Source: an uncultured Eubacteriales bacterium
GTDB lineage: Bacteria > Bacillota > Clostridia > Lachnospirales > CAZQDT01
DNA: 43,999 bases
Assembly (NCBI GenBank): GCA_964592005.1
Contig: CAZQDT010000002.1
Span: forward strand, 1-43,999
Reading direction: 5' to 3'
Shown: positions 37,478-43,999 of the stretch, one piece after another
Layout of the letters: every line of letters starts with the position of its first letter
Position numbering within the stretch: position 1 is the stretch's first letter
Made by a program: the position numbers and the translations under genes
The notes under the pieces: model-generated
Databases searched by the model: none
Told to the model about the DNA's origin: nothing
The model's input: only the letters and a program-made list of their open reading frames with translations

Positions 37478-39589
37478 ATGGAGTACAAAAGTAATTTTGA
37501 GCAAGAAAAAAAACATCTAGATGATACTATTGAAGAATTAAGCTCAATTTCTGAAACATTGAAACAAAAGAAAGATGTTTTAGAGGAAGAAGTAAAAGAA
37601 GCAAAGCGAATGTATGCAGAGGGTGAGATAGAAAAAGAGAATTATAGTGAAGTTGCAAATAAAGAACTATTATTGTCAATTCAGGAAACGGAACTTGCGC
37701 AGTATACAAAACATATGATGAAACCTTACTTTGGAAAGATAGTTTATCTTGAAGAAGATGAAGATGCAGATACTACCATATATCTGGGTAAAAAAGGTTT
37801 TACAGACCCAAATGATACATCAAGAATGATAGTAGTCGATTGGAGAGCACCAATATCTGATGTATATTATAGTAATAATCTTGGAGAGGTTAAATTCAAA
37901 ACACCAATAGGGGAAAATACAGTAGATTTAAAATTAAAGACTACTTTTGATATAGCAGATGGAAAGCTTTTAGATTTTTATGACAGTGAAATGATTGCAA
38001 ATGATGAACTTTTGGCAAAATACCTTTCTAAAAATAAAGATGTTGTGCTTAATGAAATAATTGCAACTATACAGGAAGACCAGAATAATATAATAAGAAT
38101 AGACCCTTACAAAAATGTCGTGGTACAGGGAGTTGCAGGAAGCGGAAAAACTACGGTTGCACTTCATAGAATAGCATATCTTTTATATAACTATCCTGAT
38201 TATTTATGTTCTGAAGAATTTTATATAATAGCATCCAATAAACTTTTTTTAAATTATATAACATCAATGCTTCCTGACCTTGATGTATATAATATAAATC
38301 AAGGAATACTTCCAGAGGTTCTTTTAAATGGTATTAAGAAGTATGATAAAAAATTTAAATGTGAGTTTGCATATAATAATGAAGATAATTACTTGAGATA
38401 TAAGGACAGCAGTCTTGTAGAAGAAGTAAACAACTATTTTAGAAATTTGGAAGATGAAATATTTAAGTCTGATGAAATAAAAATATTTGGAAAGCCTATT
38501 CTTACTAATGCGGATATAGATTTTTTATTTAAAGGTAAAGATTATATGGATTTGATGTCAAAGGCAGAAATGGTTGACAGAAGAATAGTTTATATTCTTA
38601 CTGATAGAAAAGAAATGTATAAAGACCTTTTGCTTGGGAAAAAGATGGAAGAAGTAAAAAAAGAAGCACTTGAGCTTATGAATTTGAATAAAATAGATAT
38701 ATTTGAGGAGGATTTTACAAATAATTATAAAAATTTGGTAAATAAATACAGACATATTTTTAAATCAAAAGTTAAGAAAATAAAATATATGGATATATTT
38801 GAAAGTTTAAGAGTAAGTAATTATAATGGAAATGAGTACAATGTAAATGATTTGTCACTTATTTTGCTGATACTTACTAAACTTCAGCGTAAAGATTTTT
38901 TTAAAGAAATAAAGCATATTGTAATAGATGAAGCACAGGATTTGAATGTATTTATTTACAGTGCCTTAAAGACGATTTTTAACAGTGCTAAATTTACTAT
39001 TGTAGGAGATGTAATGCAAAATATTGAGCTTAATGGATTACATGAATGGAAGTATATTATAGAAGATGTATTTGAAAGTAATGCAGAATATCGTACTTTG
39101 CTTAAAAGTTATCGAAATACCATAGAAATTTCCAATTTTGCCAAAAAGATAGTAGAATTTGCAACAAAGAAAGAATTTATTACACAGCCTGTGGTTAGAC
39201 ATGGGGATAAAGTAGTTATTTTAAGAGAGAAGACTGTGGATAAAAAGGTTGAAAAATTAAGAGAAATTTTGGAAGTAATGACTTCAAATGACCATAGATT
39301 AAATGCTATTATTTGTAAGGATAATGAAACTGTAAATAAACTCTATGAGCAGATAAAGGACAAGTTGGCGGTAAGTCTTCTTGACCCGAATATGCCAGAA
39401 CTTAGCCTTAATAATTATATTGTAACCTTAAAAGATTCAAAAGGTTTGGAATTTGACGGGGTAGTGATATGGGATTTTGATGATTATGATATCAGCGGTG
39501 AAAGTTATGATTATAAGCTTTTGTATGTAGCAGCTACAAGAGCATTACATGAATTGTATGTATTTACATGTAGTGAAAAATTTGAATAA
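37478..39589 (+). CDS. helD: HelD-type UvrD-like helicase (RNA polymerase recycling ATPase)
   Basis: N-terminal coiled coil. PYFGKIVY ... IYLGKKGF ... VVDWRAPISDVYY, TIQEDQNNIIR, Walker A VVQGVAGSGKTTVALHRIAYLLY, IDEAQD. Collinear with B. subtilis HelD as I recall it. Confidence 0.88.
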   Translation: MEYKSNFEQEKKHLDDTIEELSSISETLKQKKDVLEEEVKEAKRMYAEGEIEKENYSEVANKELLLSIQETELAQYTKHMMKPYFGKIVYLEEDEDADTTIYLGKKGFTDPNDTSRMIVVDWRAPISDVYYSNNLGEVKFKTPIGENTVDLKLKTTFDIADGKLLDFYDSEMIANDELLAKYLSKNKDVVLNEIIATIQEDQNNIIRIDPYKNVVVQGVAGSGKTTVALHRIAYLLYNYPDYLCSEEFYIIASNKLFLNYITSMLPDLDVYNINQGILPEVLLNGIKKYDKKFKCEFAYNNEDNYLRYKDSSLVEEVNNYFRNLEDEIFKSDEIKIFGKPILTNADIDFLFKGKDYMDLMSKAEMVDRRIVYILTDRKEMYKDLLLGKKMEEVKKEALELMNLNKIDIFEEDFTNNYKNLVNKYRHIFKSKVKKIKYMDIFESLRVSNYNGNEYNVNDLSLILLILTKLQRKDFFKEIKHIVIDEAQDLNVFIYSALKTIFNSAKFTIVGDVMQNIELNGLHEWKYIIEDVFESNAEYRTLLKSYRNTIEISNFAKKIVEFATKKEFITQPVVRHGDKVVILREKTVDKKVEKLREILEVMTSNDHRLNAIICKDNETVNKLYEQIKDKLAVSLLDPNMPELSLNNYIVTLKDSKGLEFDGVVIWDFDDYDISGESYDYKLLYVAATRALHELYVFTCSEKFE

Positions 39590-39609
39590 AAGGGGAAAAC
39601 TCCCCTTTT
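39588..39609. terminator. Bidirectional terminator
   Basis: AAAAGGGGA (39588-39596) / TCCCCTTTT (39601-39609), loop AAAC. Confidence 0.8.
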
Positions 39610-39613
39610 ATAT

Positions 39614-39844
39614 TTAGATATTATTTTCGAGCTCGGATAGCTCTTCTATGCTTAAACCAGTAGCAGTTGCCACTTGTTCTGGGGATATCCCCAGTTTTAA
39701 GAAATTTATCGCCATTTTTCTTTTCGTTTCTTCTATTCCTTCAAGTCGCCCCTTATATTGTAATTCTTCCATCAAAGAACACATATTTGCCACTTCTTTC
39801 GTATTTTCTATATTTATTATAACAAAAATTTTGATTTTGTACAA
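39614..39844 (-). pseudogene. C-terminal fragment of an Rpn/YhgA-like (PD-(D/E)XK transposase_31) protein
   Basis: ...YKGRLEGIEETKRKMAINFLKLGISPEQVATATGLSIEELSELENNI matches the characteristic C-terminal tail of Rpn-family recombination-promoting nucleases. The nuclease core of about 250 aa is absent. Confidence 0.55.
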
Positions 39845-39957
39845 TCATTAATAAGCTCTTTATATAAAATTTAATATGAAAATTCATTAAAATTGAAATT
39901 TTGCAAAGCTTATTAACAAGCAGATTAATGGTAAAAAATAATAGTTCATCAATATTG

Positions 39958-39986
39958 TTGACATCTTTTAATGGAAAAAGTAGAAT
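39958..39986 (+). promoter_or_regulatory. Putative sigma-A promoter of the DUF3810 gene
   Basis: TTGACA (39958-39963), 17 nt, TAGAAT (39981-39986). Confidence 0.6.
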
Positions 39987-40018
39987 AATATTATAATTAA
40001 ATTGAAGAGGAGATTTTT

Positions 40019-41104
40019 ATGTTTAAATTAAAAAGAATATGGATATTATTGCTTTTTCCGATAGCTTTGGTATTGAGTATACTTGCTAGGGAAAGTGCAG
40101 CTTTTGCAGAATTTTATGCAGTGAATATTTATCCTTATATATCAAAACCTGTAAATTATCTTACTTCCAAATTACCATTTTCTTTAGGAGAATTTATGAT
40201 ACCTGTTGCAGTAATTTTAGGCATAGGACTGATAGTATTTTACATATTTCTTTTGTGTAAGGGAGTAGAGAAGAAAAAGGAATATCTGGTAAAATTTGTA
40301 TTGACGGTATTGTGTATATTATGTATTGTATTTTTTGATTTTACAGTATCTTGTGGTATTAATTATCACAGATATACATTTGCACAACGTTACAATTATA
40401 ATCTTGAACCTTCGTCAAAAGAAGATTTAGTCGGTCTTTGTATTGAGCTGGTAAATAAGGCAAATCAGCTTAGAGAAAATATTATAGATGATGAAACAGA
40501 AAAGTTAGAAGATTTTTCAAAGATGGCACAGACAGCGGTAGAAAGTTATAATAAAATGGCAGAAATATACCCAACTTTGAAGACAAAATATACTGCTCCC
40601 AAACCTATATTTTTTTCAAAATTTATGTCTAAGCTTAACCTTACGGGAATATTTTTTTCAGGGACTTTTGAAGCAAATGTAAATATAGATAGTCCTGCAT
40701 TTTTAATTCCATCGACGATGTGTCATGAGTTAAGCCATGTACAAGGTTATATGAGAGAAGATGAAGCTAATTATATAGCATATTTGGTATGTAGTTTGAG
40801 TGATGATGATTATTTTAAATATTCAGGTACAATGATTGCATATATACATTCTGTAAATGCACTTTATGCAGTAGATACAGAAGCATATTTTGAAATATTT
40901 AAACTTCTTGATGACAAAGTGTTGGAAGATATAACCATAAATAATGCTTACTGGCAGGGTTTTAAAGGAAAAACGGCGGAAGTTTCTAAGAAAGTAAATG
41001 ATACATATTTAAAAATAAATTCACTTGAAGATGGAGTGAAAAGTTATGGAAGAATGGTAGATTTACTGATTGCTGATTACAAAAATGATAAATTAAACAA
41101 TTAA
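40019..41104 (+). CDS. DUF3810-like membrane protein with zincin HExxH motif
   Basis: Three N-terminal TM helices and a C-terminal domain with CHELSHVQGYMREDEANY (HExxH plus downstream Glu). RBS GAGGAG 6 nt upstream. Confidence 0.7.
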   Translation: MFKLKRIWILLLFPIALVLSILARESAAFAEFYAVNIYPYISKPVNYLTSKLPFSLGEFMIPVAVILGIGLIVFYIFLLCKGVEKKKEYLVKFVLTVLCILCIVFFDFTVSCGINYHRYTFAQRYNYNLEPSSKEDLVGLCIELVNKANQLRENIIDDETEKLEDFSKMAQTAVESYNKMAEIYPTLKTKYTAPKPIFFSKFMSKLNLTGIFFSGTFEANVNIDSPAFLIPSTMCHELSHVQGYMREDEANYIAYLVCSLSDDDYFKYSGTMIAYIHSVNALYAVDTEAYFEIFKLLDDKVLEDITINNAYWQGFKGKTAEVSKKVNDTYLKINSLEDGVKSYGRMVDLLIADYKNDKLNN

Positions 41105-41119
41105 TTACAATAATTGGAA

Positions 41120-41470
41120 AAATGGTTTGAATTTAGATTTTTCGTCAATATTATCATTAAAAGAGTCATTGGAATTAAATTTGTCAGGAAGTTGGTTTGA
41201 AATAATACTGTTGTAGTTGAAATCTTAGAAGATGGAACACAAAAAGTACTACCTTTTGCGATGTTGAAAGACAATGATACAAAGACAATGACTATTTTAC
41301 TCCGAATTTCGGTGAATTTGAGACAATATTAAAAAATACTAAATAATTTACTGATATTGGTAAAAATTGTGATTGGGCAAAGGATAGTATGGTGTAGATG
41401 AAGAATATAAGCTGATTTTTACTGACGTCGATAAAACGCTTACTTGGGTGAGTGCAAATGGAATAAGTAA
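41120..41470 (+). pseudogene. Degraded coding remnant (multiple frame breaks), family unknown
   Basis: Coding-like stretches in three frames: NGLNLDFSSILSLKESLELNLSGSWFEI; EILEDGTQKVLPFAMLKDNDTK / DYFTPNFGEFETILKNTK; FTDIGKNCDWAKDS / VDEEYKLIFTDVDKTLTWVSANGISKW. No start codon or SD. Confidence 0.3.
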
Positions 41471-41473
41471 ATG

Positions 41474-41500
41474 GGGACTGTTGAAACAGTCCCATTTTAT
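41474..41500. terminator. Hairpin terminator downstream of the partner-switching operon
   Basis: GGGACTGT (41474-41481) / ACAGTCCC (41486-41493), loop TGAA. The T-run is on the plus-strand side. Confidence 0.55.
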
Positions 41501-41512
41501 GTATCTTTGATT

Positions 41513-42670
41513 TTATAATTTGCAAGCAATAATACTTATGTCATCAGCTTTATTTTTATATATTTCGTCTTCGCTGTAAAACTGCTCTAAAATATGTTTT
41601 ATAAGTTGTTCTATTGGCAATTTTTTGGAATATATCAGCAAATTTTTAAGTTTTTGGATAAATTCCGAATTATTATCTTTGTAAAAGAAATCTCCTAGAC
41701 CATCGGTATGTAATAAAAGTATGTCTTCTTTTTGAAAAGGAATAGTTTTGGTTTCGTAGGAAGAATTATCCATCATGCCTAGTGGAAGTCCCTGTATATC
41801 AAGTTCAATGGCAATATTTTCTGAAGATTTAAGAAATATTGGCAATGCATGACCAGCATTTGCACAGGAGATAATTTTGGTTTCTGTATCAATGACGGCA
41901 TAAAAAACACAACAATAAACATCTATAAGTTTATTTGTAAATATATTACAGAAATTTTTGTTCATTTTGTGTAAAACTTCTGCTGGTTCAGAAGTAGAGT
42001 TTATAATATTTCTAAAAGACATTTTAAGCATAGCTGTAAGTAAAGCAGCAGATATACCATGTCCTGAAACATCTCCTATAATTACAGCAATACGTGAATT
42101 GTCGAGCTGTATAGTGTCGTATATATCACCACCAATATCCAATGCAGGAAGATATTTACTCATAAAATTAACACCATTAAAATCAAATTTGGATTCTTCG
42201 ATAAGTGAACGTTGTACTTGTCGTGCCATATTGAGCTGAAAATTTAAAGTTTTATTTTTTTCTTCAAGTTCTGCATATTGTGATTTTAACTGGTCGCTTA
42301 AATGTTTTATTCTGAGCAGAGATTTTACTTTGGAAAGAAGTAAGGTTTTATCAAAATCTTTTGACATAAAATCATCTGCCCCTACTGCAAATGACCGAGA
42401 ACGAGTGTCATTAGAGTCAAGGGCAGTCATAATAAGTATTGATGTATATTTTGTTTCATTATCATTTTTTAAAATTTTGCAAACTTCAAATCCGGTTATT
42501 TGAGGCATAAGAAGGTCAAGAATTATTAAATCAGGTTTAAACATTCTAGCTTTTCTTATAGCAGATGTTCCGTTGTTGGCAGAAATAACTTCATATCCTG
42601 TGCTGGTAAGATAGCGGCTTATGAGTTCTATATTTTGTTCCATATCGTCTACTACTAATATTTTATCCAT
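41513..42670 (-). CDS. Response-regulator receiver fused to PP2C (SpoIIE/RsbU-type) Ser phosphatase
   Basis: REC domain (ILVVDD ... DLIILDLLMP ... ALDS ... K), coiled linker, and PPM domain (GGDIYD ... IGDVSGHG ... HTDG ... DDISII). The ATG directly abuts the TAA of the upstream gene. Confidence 0.88.
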   Translation of the reverse strand: MDKILVVDDMEQNIELISRYLTSTGYEVISANNGTSAIRKARMFKPDLIILDLLMPQITGFEVCKILKNDNETKYTSILIMTALDSNDTRSRSFAVGADDFMSKDFDKTLLLSKVKSLLRIKHLSDQLKSQYAELEEKNKTLNFQLNMARQVQRSLIEESKFDFNGVNFMSKYLPALDIGGDIYDTIQLDNSRIAVIIGDVSGHGISAALLTAMLKMSFRNIINSTSEPAEVLHKMNKNFCNIFTNKLIDVYCCVFYAVIDTETKIISCANAGHALPIFLKSSENIAIELDIQGLPLGMMDNSSYETKTIPFQKEDILLLHTDGLGDFFYKDNNSEFIQKLKNLLIYSKKLPIEQLIKHILEQFYSEDEIYKNKADDISIIACKL

Positions 42671-43099
42671 TTATGCTTTCACCCTTTTATAAAAATTAAT
42701 TTGATTTCCTACTGAGTTAAAAGAAAGCTTATCAGTAAGTGCAGAAACAAGCTTTATGCCTCTTCCGTTTTCATTAAAAATATTTGATATATCTTTATTT
42801 GAATTTTGACTCATTATTCTTCCAAAGTCAAATCCCTTACCCTCATCTTGTATACTTGAAAAAATTATATTTAAAGGAAGTATTTCAATACAAAGAGTTA
42901 TATTTTTGGTGGTGTCTTTGTTATTTCCATGAATAGCAGCATTAAATAAAAGTTCACTAAAAATTAGCCTTAAATCCCCCTTGTCTTCGGAAGAAATAGC
43001 AGGTAAATTTTTGGACAAAAATAACATAAGTTCCTGTATAATATCGTTTATATCGGAAACGTCACTTTTAAAAACTTTTGTAAATTTTATATTTTCCAT
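42671..43099 (-). CDS. RsbW/SpoIIAB-like GHKL serine kinase (anti-sigma-type), motifs intact
   Basis: N-box ELLFNAAIHGN, G1 box QDEGKGFD, G2 box NGRGIKLV. AAGGTGA lies 5 nt upstream of ATG 43099 (ORF track starts at GTG 43108). Confidence 0.8.
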   Translation of the reverse strand: MENIKFTKVFKSDVSDINDIIQELMLFLSKNLPAISSEDKGDLRLIFSELLFNAAIHGNNKDTTKNITLCIEILPLNIIFSSIQDEGKGFDFGRIMSQNSNKDISNIFNENGRGIKLVSALTDKLSFNSVGNQINFYKRVKA

Positions 43100-43128
43100 A
43101 AACATCACCTTAGTTTTAATACAGCTAT

Positions 43129-43548
43129 TTAAAAAGCTGTAAAAGAATCATTTATATTTTTAATCATAGATATTTTTAAAATGTTACCTTCTTCAAGGAC
43201 ATTTATTTTATCCATTAAAGCTTCTATCATCAATATTCCCAGACTATCATCGTCATAAGGATTTTCTTCTTTAGAAATTTTTTCAGTGGTTAAAATGATT
43301 TCTAAAGAATCTTGAATAATTTTAAATTGTAGTTTAAAAACTTTAGAAGGATTGGCAGGTATATTTTGCTTTATTAAGTATGTACATGCTTCTGAAACAG
43401 CAGCTTTTATGTCTTCAATATCTTCTATGTCAAATCCCATACGATTTGCAATGGAAGAAACTGTCAAACGTGCAGCGGATACATAGGCAGGATTCATTGG
43501 GAGAGATAGCTCGATGATATCGTTGCCTAAAGGGATATTGTTATTCAT
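43129..43548 (-). CDS. RsbW/SpoIIAB-like GHKL-fold protein with degenerate ATP-binding motifs (putative pseudokinase)
   Basis: Collinear with SpoIIAB (ELSLPMNPAYVSAARLTVSSIANRMGFDIEDIEDIKAAVSEA...). The N-box lacks Asn/His (EACTYLIKQ) and the G1 DxGxG position reads TTEKISK. Only a G2-like SLGILMIEALMD remains. ATG 43548 overlaps the end of the STAS gene. Confidence 0.65.
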   Translation of the reverse strand: MNNNIPLGNDIIELSLPMNPAYVSAARLTVSSIANRMGFDIEDIEDIKAAVSEACTYLIKQNIPANPSKVFKLQFKIIQDSLEIILTTEKISKEENPYDDDSLGILMIEALMDKINVLEEGNILKISMIKNINDSFTAF

Positions 43549-43870
43549 TAGTATCACCTTCTATTATAAAGACTTTATTTAAATTTGTTATTTTAAATAA
43601 TTTGGCAACATTTGGTTTTAAGTTGCTTAAAGTTACATTAAAATTGAACTGTTTAGCTTTTTTTAAGACAGCTACTAAAGCACCTAAACCGGTACTGTCA
43701 ATATAATCAAGATTGATACAGTCAATATGTAAATCAGCAGGATTATCTTGAATAAGAGAATTGAGTTTTTCTTTTAGCTGTGTCGAATTATATATATCTA
43801 TTTCTCCTTTAATATTTATATTCCAGTTTTTTTGAGATTCGTCAAAATTGTAATTTAGTGTATAATCCAT
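43541..43870 (-). CDS. STAS-domain anti-sigma-factor antagonist (SpoIIAA/RsbV-like)
   Basis: 109 aa. Conserved phosphorylatable-Ser motif LDYIDSTGLGALV. AGGAGG 7 nt upstream of the ATG. Confidence 0.88.
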   Translation of the reverse strand: MDYTLNYNFDESQKNWNINIKGEIDIYNSTQLKEKLNSLIQDNPADLHIDCINLDYIDSTGLGALVAVLKKAKQFNFNVTLSNLKPNVAKLFKITNLNKVFIIEGDTNE

Positions 43871-43900
43871 AAAAATACCTCCTAATGATTATTTTACTTT

Positions 43901-43929
43901 AGTATAACACATTCCTAAATAAATAGAAA
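43901..43929 (-). promoter_or_regulatory. Putative promoter of the partner-switching operon
   Basis: Minus strand reads TTTCTA, 17 nt, TGTTATACT (extended -10). The -35 is weak. Confidence 0.35.
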
Positions 43930-43999
43930 CAGTTTTTTAATAATATAGAAAGAAATTTATGATATAAAAAATAATTATTTTTTGATATAAAATAGATTG

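Overview
AT-rich window (about 30% G+C by eye, not computed). It looks like core chromosome of a low-GC Firmicute, probably a spore-forming member of Clostridia (PdaA-like deacetylase, HelD, Gram-positive lipoboxes, AGGAGG-type RBSs). RNA genes: a tRNA cluster at the left edge (Thr-UGU truncated by the window, Tyr-GUA, initiator Met-CAU) and a solitary tRNA-Lys(CUU) with its own promoter. About 33 credible CDSs, in order: MazG-like NTP pyrophosphohydrolase, eukaryote-type UDP-sugar pyrophosphorylase, an acidic lipoprotein, a divergent alpha/beta hydrolase and TetR pair, GAF/HD-GYP phosphodiesterase, MFS transporter, an orphan solute-binding lipoprotein coupled to a membrane GGDEF cyclase, cardiolipin synthase, ABC-F ATPase, DeoD, an AI-2E transporter and CPBP protease pair, LysR plus an asymmetric heterodimeric ABC exporter, a DUF3881-like protein, a large cytoplasmic GH78 alpha-L-rhamnosidase, PdaA-like deacetylase, TrmB, a PG-binding secreted protein plus a Lys-rich protein, Ppk1, a beta-propeller/Y_Y_Y HD-GYP sensor, HelD, DUF3810 metalloprotease-like protein, and a four-gene partner-switching operon. 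I found no rRNA, CRISPR array, intact mobile element, prophage or recognisable defence system. Items most worth follow-up: (1) the STAS / degenerate GHKL / intact GHKL kinase / REC-PP2C operon, which has no sigma factor; (2) the orphan SBP and diguanylate cyclase pair, part of an unusual density of c-di-GMP enzymes; (3) an orphan consensus promoter driving a GC-rich pseudoknot-capable RNA and a frame-disrupted ORF in the 690-bp gap after the rhamnosidase; (4) an (AATTAT)6.5 repeat made of TATAAT boxes in a lipoprotein promoter. All family assignments come from motif recognition by eye; no database search was run.
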